In this document: piece after piece, positions 33,218 through 42,082 of the stretch | How positions within the stretch are numbered: the first letter of the stretch is position 1 | How the letters are laid out: each line of letters starts with the position of its first letter | NCBI GenBank assembly: GCA_020057185.1 | Contig: JAGVGK010000027.1 | Location: 1 to 46,602 of the forward strand | DNA: 46,602 nucleotides | Direction: 5' to 3' | DNA from: Minisyncoccota bacterium | GTDB lineage: Bacteria > Patescibacteriota > Minisyncoccia > Phycocordibacterales > JACOZG01 | Made by a program: the position numbers and the translations under genes | The notes under the pieces: model-generated | What the model saw: the letters and a program-made list of their open reading frames with translations, nothing else | Database searches by the model: none | Told to the model about the DNA's origin: nothing

Positions 33218-33460
33218 ATGTATCATGTATATATCCTCAAACTGAAAGATAATTCCTATTACACTGGCAGTACTAGTGATTTGGAAAAACGTTTGTTAAA
33301 TCATAAAAATGGTCGAGTGAAATCAACAAAAAATAAACGACCTTGTCAATTGATTCATGAAGAGAGTTACAGTAATCGAAGCAAAGCTCAAACCAGAGAG
33401 TACCGAATCAAAGGTTGGAAAAGTCGCCTAGCGATTGAACGTCTTATCAAAAAAGAGTAG
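33218..33460 (+). CDS. Small GIY-YIG nuclease-superfamily protein (UPF0213-like)
   Basis: MYHVYILKLKDNSYYTGSTSDLEKRLLNHKNG carries the GIY..YTG motifs. 80 aa. Confidence 0.85.
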   Translation: MYHVYILKLKDNSYYTGSTSDLEKRLLNHKNGRVKSTKNKRPCQLIHEESYSNRSKAQTREYRIKGWKSRLAIERLIKKE

Positions 33461-33482
33461 TATCAAGATATGATCGATGTGG

Positions 33483-33530
33483 TCCCGATCCCGATTCTAC
33501 AAGGAATCGCGGATCGCGGACCCTCGATTT
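33483..33530 (+). repeat. 48-bp direct repeat, copy 2 (immediately upstream of tRNA-Glu)
   Basis: See copy 1. Looser similarity continues to the tRNA 5' end (..AAATCGGG in both copies). Confidence 0.85.
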
Positions 33531-33558
33531 TATAATAAACTTCGTTTAATAAAATCGG

Positions 33559-33630
33559 GGCCTCATCGTCTAGCGGCTAGGACACAAGCTTCTCAAGCTT
33601 GGAACCGGAGTTCGATTCTCCGTGAGGTCA
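33559..33630 (+). tRNA. tRNA-Glu (anticodon CUC), CCA not encoded
   Basis: Hand-folded cloverleaf: acceptor GGCCTCA/TGAGGTC, D arm GTCT-AGCGGCTA-GGAC, anticodon arm CAAGC-TTCTCAA-GCTTG, 4-nt variable loop, T arm CGGAG-TTCGATT-CTCCG, discriminator A. Confidence 0.85.
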
Positions 33631-33648
33631 CAAATCGTAGCGAAACTA

Positions 33649-33681
33649 GGACGACAACTGCTTGTCGTCCGGGCGATTTTT
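33649..33681 (+). terminator. Hairpin terminator after the tRNA
   Basis: GGACGACAA-ctgc-TTGTCGTCC, with TTTTT six nt downstream. Confidence 0.55.
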
Positions 33682-33875
33682 GAAGGCACAGGCATAATTT
33701 TTCAGAAGAAAAATCGCCGAACCGGGGTCGGCAAGTACTTACATTTTTTGCGAATTTGTGAAGCAAAAAATTTAGTAACTTGTGATCAAAATAGATGAAG
33801 CACGCGAAGCATTCAACCCGTCTCGCAAAATCCACCTAGAAATGCTAGAGTTTTAGTGTTATTTGAAATAAATTT

Positions 33876-35075
33876 ATGGCAAACAAAAATCTTACAAACG
33901 CGAAACGGGTAAAGAACGACGAATTTTATACCCAGTTCGACGATATTCAGAAAGAGATTGGAGCTTATCTGGAATACAACCCTGATGTTTTCCGTGGCAA
34001 GGTGGTGTATTGCAACTGTGACGATCCGTTTGAAAGCAACTTCTTTCGCTATTTTGTGCTCAATTTCAATAAGCTTGGATTGAAACAGCTTATCACCACC
34101 AGCTACAAACCCTCGCCCGTAGCCAACACGCAACTGGCTTTGTTTGGTGATGACAAAACTCTCACAAAATCTAAAAGCCTGCCTGCCGGTAGGCAGGGTC
34201 GTCCGAAGGTAAATGCCAACAAATTTATTATAAACGAAGTGCACGACATAGACGGCGACGGCGAGTTCAACTTGAAAGATGTTGCCAAGCAGTTAAAGAC
34301 AAACAAACACAACGAATGGACGCCGCTAGAGAGCGACGGCGATTTCCGTAGTGATGAGTGTGTAAAACTACTTAAACAATCCGACATCGTGATAACAAAT
34401 CCGCCGTTTAGCTTGTTTCGTGAGTATCTAAAACAACTCATGGATTATAAAAAGAAATTTCTGATTATCGGCAACATGAATGCTATTGCTTACAAAGAAA
34501 TATTTCCATTACTTAAAGAGAATAAAGTTTGGTTAGGTAATAATTGTAAAGTCAATGCAGGCGCAATGTTTTTTGAGATACCCGAAAAAATTGCCAATTT
34601 GGAACAAGTCCGTGAAATAAAAACAAATGAAAGTGGTAAGAAAATATATATCACCAGAGTGCAAGGAGTTCGCTGGTTCACCAACCTCGACCATGGGCGC
34701 CGTCATCAACCGATACCACTTATGTCCAAAGCAGAGGTTATAAAGTTTGTAACAAAAAAACCATTTGATCAATATTACAATTATGATGCGATAGAAGTTT
34801 CATTGGTAAAAAATATTCCAAGCGATTGTAAGGGTGTAATGGGTGTGCCGATTAGTTTTCTTGATAAATATAGTCCTGAACAATTTGAGATTATTGGTTT
34901 AGGAATAGCAAATTTGGGTCTATCAGTAGGAGTTAAGCCGTATAAGCCAGAGCATAAAAAATTTCGGAAAGAAATACAAAAAAGAGGAACGGTTAATGGT
35001 GATTTATATATGATAAAAAACGGAATTGTTGAAGTCCCGTATGCGAGAGTTTTAATTAGACATAAGAAAAAATAA
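33876..35075 (+). CDS. M.EcoRI-family N6-adenine DNA methyltransferase
   Basis: N-terminal KNDEFYTQ...KVVYCNCDDPFESNFF and catalytic NPPFSLF motifs. 399 aa, AT-rich. Confidence 0.85.
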   Translation: MANKNLTNAKRVKNDEFYTQFDDIQKEIGAYLEYNPDVFRGKVVYCNCDDPFESNFFRYFVLNFNKLGLKQLITTSYKPSPVANTQLALFGDDKTLTKSKSLPAGRQGRPKVNANKFIINEVHDIDGDGEFNLKDVAKQLKTNKHNEWTPLESDGDFRSDECVKLLKQSDIVITNPPFSLFREYLKQLMDYKKKFLIIGNMNAIAYKEIFPLLKENKVWLGNNCKVNAGAMFFEIPEKIANLEQVREIKTNESGKKIYITRVQGVRWFTNLDHGRRHQPIPLMSKAEVIKFVTKKPFDQYYNYDAIEVSLVKNIPSDCKGVMGVPISFLDKYSPEQFEIIGLGIANLGLSVGVKPYKPEHKKFRKEIQKRGTVNGDLYMIKNGIVEVPYARVLIRHKKK

Positions 35076-35076
35076 T

Positions 35077-36096
35077 ATGACAATTAAAAATAATTCCGGC
35101 GAGATGATTATCTATGAAGGCGCGGATGGGGCGCCTAGTATTGAGGTGCGTGTTGAGGGTGAGACGGTATGGCTTTCGCAAGCGAAGTTGGCGGAGCTTT
35201 TTGGTGTTACTCCGCAAAACATAACGATTCATCTAAAAAACATCTTTACGGAAAGAGAGTTGGATGAAGTCCGAACTTGTAAGGAATCTTTACAAGTTCA
35301 AAAAGAAGGAAATCGCAATGTTAACCGCACGGTTAAAATTTACAATCTCGATGTCGTGATATCGCTTGGGTATCGTATAAGCTCGGATATTGCCACTCGC
35401 TTTCGTCAGTGGGCTACTGCGCGACTTCGTGAATATATTGTTAAGGGTTTTGTGATGGACGATAAGCGACTCAAGGAAACTGGCGGGGGCAATTATTGGA
35501 AAGAACTTTTGTCTCGCATCCGTGATATTCGATCTAGTGAAAAGATGTTGTATCGGCAAGTTTTAGATCTCTATGCCACAAGCGCGGATTATGATCCAAA
35601 ATCTCTACACTCAATTAAGTTTTTCAAAATTGTGCAAAACAAATTGCACTATGCTGTCCATAAAGAAACAGCGGCGGAAGTTATTTACAATCGCTCTGAT
35701 AGTAATAAAGAATTTATGGGTTTGACGGTTTTTGAGGGAGATTTACCTGTGTTGGAAGAAGTGAGAATTGCTAAAAATTATTTGTCCGCGCGAGAGTTGG
35801 AAAAATTAAACAGACTGGTCTCGGCATATTTTGAATTGGCGGAATTGCGCGCTATGGATAAGAAAATGATGCATATGACAGAACATATTGCGTCATTAGA
35901 TAAATTACTTTCTGGTTATGGCGAAGGAGTTTTGATTGATGCGGGGAAAGTAACACATAAAAAAGCTATGGAAAAAGCTGAAGCGGAGTATAAAAAATTT
36001 CAAGCCAAAACACTTTCTCCCGTTGAAAAAGCATATTTGGAAAACATTAAATTGTTGGAGAAAAAGGTGGAGAAAAAATTAAAAAATAAAAATTAA
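35077..36096 (+). CDS. RhuM-family protein, paralog 1
   Basis: WLSQAKLAELFGVTPQNITIHLKNIF...ISLGYRISSDIATRFRQWAT is the RhuM signature. 1-nt gap after the methyltransferase gene. Confidence 0.85.
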   Translation: MTIKNNSGEMIIYEGADGAPSIEVRVEGETVWLSQAKLAELFGVTPQNITIHLKNIFTERELDEVRTCKESLQVQKEGNRNVNRTVKIYNLDVVISLGYRISSDIATRFRQWATARLREYIVKGFVMDDKRLKETGGGNYWKELLSRIRDIRSSEKMLYRQVLDLYATSADYDPKSLHSIKFFKIVQNKLHYAVHKETAAEVIYNRSDSNKEFMGLTVFEGDLPVLEEVRIAKNYLSARELEKLNRLVSAYFELAELRAMDKKMMHMTEHIASLDKLLSGYGEGVLIDAGKVTHKKAMEKAEAEYKKFQAKTLSPVEKAYLENIKLLEKKVEKKLKNKN

Positions 36097-36112
36097 TAAA
36101 AATTTTAATATT

Positions 36113-36160
36113 ATGAAAACAACTTTAAAAACCAACATCACTGTGAAAGATATTTGCGAG
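36113..36160 (+). pseudogene. Orphan duplicate of the first 48 nt of the DUF262-HNH gene (17-codon stub)
   Basis: 48/48 identical to 37226-37273. Reads [16 protein letters not shown] then R-stop. Confidence 0.85.
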
Positions 36161-36171
36161 AGATAAAAAAT

Positions 36172-37224
36172 ATGAAGAAAAAAGATAAAAATAGTATGAA
36201 AAAGAAATTGCCTGACAATCAAATTGCGTTTTATCAAACACCGGATGGCTCGGTGAATATTGAGGTTTTGTTTGCCGAAGAAAATATTTGGCTTACGCAA
36301 AAAAAAATGGCGGAGCTTTTTGGCTGTTCTGCTGATAACATTTCACTTCATTTAAAAAATATTTATAAAGATGGCGAAATTGACCAAAAATCAACTAACG
36401 AGGAATTCTCGGTAGTTCAAAACGAAGGCGGACGGAATATTGAAAGAAAAATTATGATGTATTCTTTGGAGGCCATTATCGCTGTCGGCTATCGCGTGAG
36501 TTCCGAGCGAGGCGCGCAGTTCCGCCAGTGGGCGACTAAAATTTTGAAAAACTATATTCATAAGGGCTATGCCTTGGATGTTAATCGTATGAAATACGGA
36601 TCCCGTTTTAGCGCCAGATATTTTGATGAGCTTTATGAAGAAATAAAAGATATTCGCACGAGCGAGCGGAGAATTTATCAAAAAATTACCGATATCTACG
36701 CGACGGCGATTGATTATTCGCCTAAAGCGGATGAGAGTAAAGAATTTTTTGCCACCGTGCAAAACAAACTGCATTTTGCCATCACTGGAAAAACGGCGGC
36801 GGAAATTATCACAGAGCGGGTTAGTGGTAAAAAAGAAAAAATGGGATTGACTTCATGGCGGCGATCTCCGCAAGGCAAAATTATGTCAAGCGACACGGTG
36901 ATCGCTAAAAATTATTTAGACAAAAAAGAACTGGAACATTTGAATCGCATAGGCAATATGTATTTGGATTATGCCGAAATGCAAGCGGCGCGTGGCAAAG
37001 CGATGACAATGCAGGACTGGATTGTAAAGCTCAACGCGTTTTTGAAATTCAGCGAATATGAAATTTTAACCAACGCCGGAAAAGTGAGCCATGAGGTCGC
37101 CGAGGCGCTGGCGCTTAAAGAATACGAAAAATATCGCGTCATTCAGGATAAAAATTATATTTCTGATTTTGATCGGGAAGTCAAGCAATTAAAAAACAGG
37201 GTAATAAAAAATGTAAAAAAATAA
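36172..37224 (+). CDS. RhuM-family protein, paralog 2
   Basis: [26 protein letters not shown]...[20 protein letters not shown]. Roughly 45% identical to paralog 1 by eye. ATG 36172 chosen over the track's TTG 36154. Confidence 0.85.
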   Translation: MKKKDKNSMKKKLPDNQIAFYQTPDGSVNIEVLFAEENIWLTQKKMAELFGCSADNISLHLKNIYKDGEIDQKSTNEEFSVVQNEGGRNIERKIMMYSLEAIIAVGYRVSSERGAQFRQWATKILKNYIHKGYALDVNRMKYGSRFSARYFDELYEEIKDIRTSERRIYQKITDIYATAIDYSPKADESKEFFATVQNKLHFAITGKTAAEIITERVSGKKEKMGLTSWRRSPQGKIMSSDTVIAKNYLDKKELEHLNRIGNMYLDYAEMQAARGKAMTMQDWIVKLNAFLKFSEYEILTNAGKVSHEVAEALALKEYEKYRVIQDKNYISDFDREVKQLKNRVIKNVKK

Positions 37225-37225
37225 T

Positions 37226-38392
37226 ATGAAAACAACTTTAAAAACCAACATCACTGTGAAAGATATTTGCGAGGGGTTCGTCTATAACGAACTTGAAGGA
37301 AAGGGTTTGTTTGGTTTGTCTGGCAAGCTGACTATCCAACCAGAGTATCAACGCAATTATATTTATGCGTCTGACGGCGGTAAAAGAGAGATTGCCGTTA
37401 TTGAATCACTACTCAAAGATTACCCAATAGGATTGATCTATTTTAATAAAGTTTCTGAAAACAAATTAGAAGTTTTAGACGGGCAACAGCGTATCACCAG
37501 TGTTGGACGTTTTGTGACTGACAAATTTGCCATCAAAGATGAAAATGGGATGCAATATTTTGGCACTATGGCAGAAGACAAGAGAGTCAAGATATTGGAA
37601 ACAAAACTGCTAATTTATGAATGTGAAGGGACAGAAAGCCAAATAAAAGAGTGGTTCAAGACAATTAACATAGCTGGAGTTCCGCTCGTTCCCCAAGAAT
37701 TGTTAAATGCGATCTATTCTGGACCATTCGTTACGCTAGGTAAAGAAGAGTTCAGCAACAGTCAAAATGCCAATATCCAAAAATGGAGCGCGTACATAAA
37801 AGGCAGTGCAAACCGACAGGCATTTTTTGAGAGAGCTTTAGACTGGGTGAGTAAAGGGAATATTGATGATTACATGAGTATTCATCGTAACGACAAAAAT
37901 ATCAATGAGTTAAAAAAATATTTCAACGGTGTGATTGACTGGGTTTCTAGTATATTTACTGAAGTTGAAAGCGAGATGAGCGGACTTGAGTGGGGACGAC
38001 TGTATGAAAAGTATAATACGAAGGCGTATAATTCAGCGAAGATATCAGCCGAAGCACAAAAGCTTTACGCTGATCCTTATATAAAAAATCGCAAAGGTAT
38101 TTTTGAATATATTCTCGGTGGTGCCACTGACACAAAATTGCTTGAAGTCCGAATTTTTGATGAAGCAACCAAGAAAGCGGTTTACACAACACAAACCGCT
38201 ACGGCTGAAAAGAAAGAGAAATCAAACTGCCCGCATTGCGCCATTGGTCATGACGCTAACAAGAGTAAAATTTGGAGTTTTAATGAAATGGATGCCGACC
38301 ACGTAGCCGCTTGGAGTAAGGGCGGTGCAACTTCGGCAAAAAATTGCCAGATGTTGTGCAAGACACATAATCGAGCAAAAGGTAATCGGTAA
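37226..38392 (+). CDS. DUF262 (ParB-like NTPase/nuclease) domain protein with a C-terminal HNH endonuclease motif
   Basis: [10 protein letters not shown] and LDGQQRITS (DUF262 motifs). C-terminus CPHC...[12 protein letters not shown]...[15 protein letters not shown] (HNH). Confidence 0.85.
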   Translation: MKTTLKTNITVKDICEGFVYNELEGKGLFGLSGKLTIQPEYQRNYIYASDGGKREIAVIESLLKDYPIGLIYFNKVSENKLEVLDGQQRITSVGRFVTDKFAIKDENGMQYFGTMAEDKRVKILETKLLIYECEGTESQIKEWFKTINIAGVPLVPQELLNAIYSGPFVTLGKEEFSNSQNANIQKWSAYIKGSANRQAFFERALDWVSKGNIDDYMSIHRNDKNINELKKYFNGVIDWVSSIFTEVESEMSGLEWGRLYEKYNTKAYNSAKISAEAQKLYADPYIKNRKGIFEYILGGATDTKLLEVRIFDEATKKAVYTTQTATAEKKEKSNCPHCAIGHDANKSKIWSFNEMDADHVAAWSKGGATSAKNCQMLCKTHNRAKGNR

Positions 38393-38464
38393 TAACTAAA
38401 AAGGGCTGTTCTCGCTAACCCTACTAACCCTAAAGGTTTGTGTTTTGCTTGTGTACCATATTTA

Positions 38465-38493
38465 TTGACTTAAAACATAAGGGGCGATAGTAT
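38465..38493 (+). promoter_or_regulatory. Promoter TTGACT-N17-TAGTAT
   Basis: Upstream of the 38565 ORF, leaving a ~65-nt 5' UTR ending in GGGAGG. Confidence 0.45.
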
Positions 38494-38564
38494 ATAGGAG
38501 GATAGCAAGTCCTGAAATTGCGTAATTTTAGGCAAACCTTGAAATAGTGTAGGGAGGATTGGCG

Positions 38565-39041
38565 ATGAAAAGTTCGAGAGCCGAAAGAGCCGCTGGTCAA
38601 TTAGAGGAGAGGGAACGCGCGGTTGAATTTTGGCGGAAGCATATCGAGCATCTGATAAGCAAAAGATTAGTGGAAGATCTCGCCCTGCAAGCTCTCGTCG
38701 ATCTTGGTGTTACTAAAATAAAAAACATTGGCTGGCAAGGAGGGAAAATTCGGCCGGGCAAGCCAGGTCAATGGGATGTCTTCCGTGCTCTTGCGGGGAA
38801 ATTCAGCCAAGTTGAATGCTTAATTCTCTCCGATCTTTCGGTCATTGATTTGGCCATCGCCACGCGACGGGTTCGTTTGTTGAAAACAGGGGTTGACCCA
38901 AATAATTCCACTGAAGTTGCAGAATTTGATCGTATCCAGCGGATGTCGTCTAGCGAAGTTGAACGCTTGACTGAAACTTATTTTGATCTTGAGCTTGAGC
39001 GTCTCGAGGCTAGTCTCGCTGACTGTGATCCAAGTCGTTGA
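38565..39041 (+). CDS. Hypothetical 158-aa protein
   Basis: GGGAGG SD 7 nt upstream of ATG 38565. Terminator downstream. No recognisable motif. Confidence 0.55.
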   Translation: MKSSRAERAAGQLEERERAVEFWRKHIEHLISKRLVEDLALQALVDLGVTKIKNIGWQGGKIRPGKPGQWDVFRALAGKFSQVECLILSDLSVIDLAIATRRVRLLKTGVDPNNSTEVAEFDRIQRMSSSEVERLTETYFDLELERLEASLADCDPSR

Positions 39042-39048
39042 ATTACAG

Positions 39049-39075
39049 GAGACCCATCGCGGGTCTCTTTTTTTT
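39049..39075 (+). terminator. Intrinsic terminator
   Basis: GAGACCC-atcgc-GGGTCTC followed by T8. Abuts the murF stop on the other strand. Confidence 0.75.
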
Positions 39076-40372
39076 ATCGCTTCTGCCACTCTGGTTCTTG
39101 TCTAGCCAGAAGTTTTTCTTTGTCTTCGGGATGAAGCATAATTTCTTCCACGACTCGTTCGAGTCGCCCGGCTTGCGAACCTTTAACTAAAATAACATCG
39201 CCCGATGCCAAAAGAGGTTGAAGTGCTTGTCCCGCTTCGCGGGCGTCGTCGAAATGGAAAAGTTTTTTTGACTCGAAGCCAGCCTCTGCAGCGCCATCAT
39301 TGATAAACTTAGCCCGCACGCCGACTGTAATAATCAGCCCGCAAATTTTAGCGGCTATTTTTCCAATTTCCCGATGCGCGTCAATAGTGTAAGTACCGAG
39401 TTCGAGCATATCACCCAAGACGGCAATTTTGCGCCCGTCATTGGGAAAATTTTTAAGTGTTTCCAAAGCGGCAGTTGTTGCTTCCGGCGAAGCATTATAA
39501 CTATCATCAAGAATTAAAGTATTTTTAATTCCCTCGATCAATCGGCCTCGCCCGGGTGGCGGTTGATAAGTTTCTAACGCTTGAATAATCGGCAAAATTG
39601 GATAGTTCGCCGAAACGCCAACGGCAAGCCCGGCCAGAATGGCGTAGAGTTGTTGGCGACCGTAGAGCTGGGTGAGTCGGAGAGGCAGAGTGTGGCCGGC
39701 GTAGTCAATTTTGCCCGTCAATCCTTTTAACGAGAGTTGATCGTCACTAATTCTAATCTCCGCTAAATTATTCCAACCGAAACGAATAATTTTCCGTTGT
39801 CCCAATTTTTTCTCCGCGATAAGTTTCTCCACCAATTCTCGAACGCGCTCGTCATCGGCGTTTATCACAATCGTCCCCTTCGGTTTGACCACCTTGAGCA
39901 GGGCTCCCTTCTCGGCAAAAAGTGCTTCTGGTGAGGGGAAAAATTCAACATGCACTGGCACGAGAGGTAAACTAGTGAGAACGGCGATATCCGGACGAAG
40001 CCACCGACCGAGTGATTGAATATCGCCAACACGATCCGCCCCGATTTCAAGAACTAGCCATTCCGGATACGGCGTTCGGAAAATAATCAGACGAAGACCG
40101 TGAATAATATTTTTCAACCACCCAAGCGGATGGTGCCAAGCGTTGGCGGCACCCAAAATTGTGAGTGGCACGCCGATCTCGCTGTTATAACTTTTGGGAC
40201 TTGCCCGAACGGTGGTCGCGGTTTGGAGCGCCAGAGCGATCGCGTCTTTAGCGCTGGTTTTGCCCACACTGCCGGTGATCGCCACAATTTTGGGCTGATA
40301 ACGGTAAAGAATCAGCTTGGCTTCCCAGCGAAGAATTAGGGTAATTAAATAACGGAAAAATGATTTAATCAT
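39074..40372 (-). CDS. murF: UDP-N-acetylmuramoyl-tripeptide--D-alanyl-D-alanine ligase
   Basis: Mur ligase P-loop ITGSVGKTS. 432 aa. Sits downstream of ftsI. Confidence 0.92.
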   Translation of the reverse strand: MIKSFFRYLITLILRWEAKLILYRYQPKIVAITGSVGKTSAKDAIALALQTATTVRASPKSYNSEIGVPLTILGAANAWHHPLGWLKNIIHGLRLIIFRTPYPEWLVLEIGADRVGDIQSLGRWLRPDIAVLTSLPLVPVHVEFFPSPEALFAEKGALLKVVKPKGTIVINADDERVRELVEKLIAEKKLGQRKIIRFGWNNLAEIRISDDQLSLKGLTGKIDYAGHTLPLRLTQLYGRQQLYAILAGLAVGVSANYPILPIIQALETYQPPPGRGRLIEGIKNTLILDDSYNASPEATTAALETLKNFPNDGRKIAVLGDMLELGTYTIDAHREIGKIAAKICGLIITVGVRAKFINDGAAEAGFESKKLFHFDDAREAGQALQPLLASGDVILVKGSQAGRLERVVEEIMLHPEDKEKLLARQEPEWQKR

Positions 40373-40375
40373 ACT

Positions 40376-42082
40376 TTAGCGATCGGGGGTAATTTGGTAG
40401 TAGTTTAGCAGAAATTTGGTGATATTAAAAAATGGTTTAGTTAAAGTTGCGGAAGCATACTCGGCGCCTTGAGGTTCAACCGCGAAGAGAAAGACACTAA
40501 ATCGCGGCTGGCTGGCGGGGAAATAACCAAAAAAGGAGTGCAAAAAACGATCGGGATAATAACCGGCACCGGGTTTCGAGATTTGAGCCGTCCCGGTCTT
40601 GGCGGCCACTTGATAACGAGGCAGACTTTCTTGGATATGAGACAGGGCCTTGTCACCGACCTTAACGAGCATTGCGGTAATCGTGTTCGCTGTTTCGGCG
40701 CTAACCACTCGACTCTTGATCACGGGCTTAGTTTCCACCGTCGGCTGATTCTCATAATCAATTTCTTTAGTGACAAAAGGTTGAACTAGCTGACCGTCAT
40801 TGGCCAACGACGAGAGCGCGGTAAGCGCGGTGAGTGGGGTCATCGAAATGCCTTGACCGAAAGAGGCGGTGGCGTATTCAACCGCGCGATGATTTTTAAA
40901 ATTGTCCTGGCCACTAATCTCGCCCGGGAGATCAATCCCCGTTTTTTCGTTCAAAAGACCAAAGGTTTGAAAATATTTTTCGAACCGATCCATGCCTAAT
41001 TGTTGCATCACATAAATCGCGCCGGTGTTGAGTGATTGATTGAGAACTTCTTGCATTGAGACAATCCCCCGTCCACGGCGATCCCAATTTCCAATCTCTT
41101 GATTGCCGAAGGCAATAACTCCGCGATCATCATAAGTGCTGTCGGGAGTAACGACTTTGGCATCGAGACCGGCGCTCATGGTTAGCAGTTTGATAATCGA
41201 ACCCATTTCGTAGGCGCCTTGAACTAGCGGATTGGTTAGATTTTTGATATCAAATTGTTTACCACCCGGATCGAAACCGGGCCGAGCGCCGAGAGCGATA
41301 ATCGCGCCAGTTTTAGGATCCATAATAATTCCCCCGATTAGCTTTGGATGCCAAGCGGTGTTAATCGCTTCTAATTCTTGTTCCAAAAAGTTTTCCACTG
41401 TTGGTTCGATAGTGGTCACGATGTCTCCAAATTGTGCATCGGACGTTGACGCATCAGTTAGACCAAGGAAAAAGTGCCCGAGGAAATTGGAAAAACCGAG
41501 TGGGTCGGCGCGACGCAAAATTTGATCATGCTGTTTCTCGAGGCCATATTGACCGGCATAATCATTTTCTCCGCCCTGGGAACTCATCCGGCCGAGCAAG
41601 TGCGCCGCTAATGTCCCGCCTGGGTAGTAGCGCCAATTTTCTTCAACGAGTTGAACACCAGCGAGCTGGAGATTTTTAATTGCCTCGGCTTGTTCGGCGG
41701 TTAAATGAGAAGCTAATTCTTCGTACGGATCATTAGGTTTGCCGGCGCGTTTTAAAAAATTAGCATAATCAAGCGGGGTAATTGCGGTGAGTGCGTTGTA
41801 AACTGCCTCAGGATTTTTAAGCTGGGTGGGATTAATGACGAGAGAATAACCCGACTGAATGGTGGCGCCAGAAACCCGCTGGCCGTCACGGCTGGTGAAA
41901 TAAATTGTTCCACGGTCAAAGACTTTATTCGCGGGTTTTTTATATTCCTGATCCGCTTCAGTTCGATAATTCTCCCCTTTCACGACCTGAACGAAAAAAA
42001 GTTTCGCGGTCAAGAGACTGGCCACGACCAGAAAAATTGCCGAAAGAAGATGGAGACGGAGATTTTTATTCTTGGCCATCAC
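40376..42082 (-). CDS. ftsI: Class B penicillin-binding protein (peptidoglycan transpeptidase)
   Basis: SxxK (GSIIK), SxN (SLN) and KTGTA motifs, N-terminal TM anchor, dcw synteny. Confidence 0.9.
   Translation of the reverse strand: MMAKNKNLRLHLLSAIFLVVASLLTAKLFFVQVVKGENYRTEADQEYKKPANKVFDRGTIYFTSRDGQRVSGATIQSGYSLVINPTQLKNPEAVYNALTAITPLDYANFLKRAGKPNDPYEELASHLTAEQAEAIKNLQLAGVQLVEENWRYYPGGTLAAHLLGRMSSQGGENDYAGQYGLEKQHDQILRRADPLGFSNFLGHFFLGLTDASTSDAQFGDIVTTIEPTVENFLEQELEAINTAWHPKLIGGIIMDPKTGAIIALGARPGFDPGGKQFDIKNLTNPLVQGAYEMGSIIKLLTMSAGLDAKVVTPDSTYDDRGVIAFGNQEIGNWDRRGRGIVSMQEVLNQSLNTGAIYVMQQLGMDRFEKYFQTFGLLNEKTGIDLPGEISGQDNFKNHRAVEYATASFGQGISMTPLTALTALSSLANDGQLVQPFVTKEIDYENQPTVETKPVIKSRVVSAETANTITAMLVKVGDKALSHIQESLPRYQVAAKTGTAQISKPGAGYYPDRFLHSFFGYFPASQPRFSVFLFAVEPQGAEYASATLTKPFFNITKFLLNYYQITPDR

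Noticed and set aside
33477-33835. ORFs 33477..33683(+) and 33593..33835(-)
   Set aside because: They run through the 48-bp repeat, the tRNA-Glu gene and its terminator, so they are not coding.
33813-34441. Minus-strand ORFs 33813..34244 and 34103..34441, and other antisense ORFs inside the island genes
   Set aside because: They are antisense to a methyltransferase gene with clear motifs. These are typical shadow ORFs in AT-rich sequence.
38415-38440. Telomere-like TAACCC x2 (CTAACCCTACTAACCCTAAA) after the DUF262-HNH gene
   Set aside because: There are only two units in an intergenic region of a bacterial-type locus, so it is most likely coincidental. No tRNA-Glu 3' fragment (att repeat) was found here either, so the distal island boundary remains undefined.
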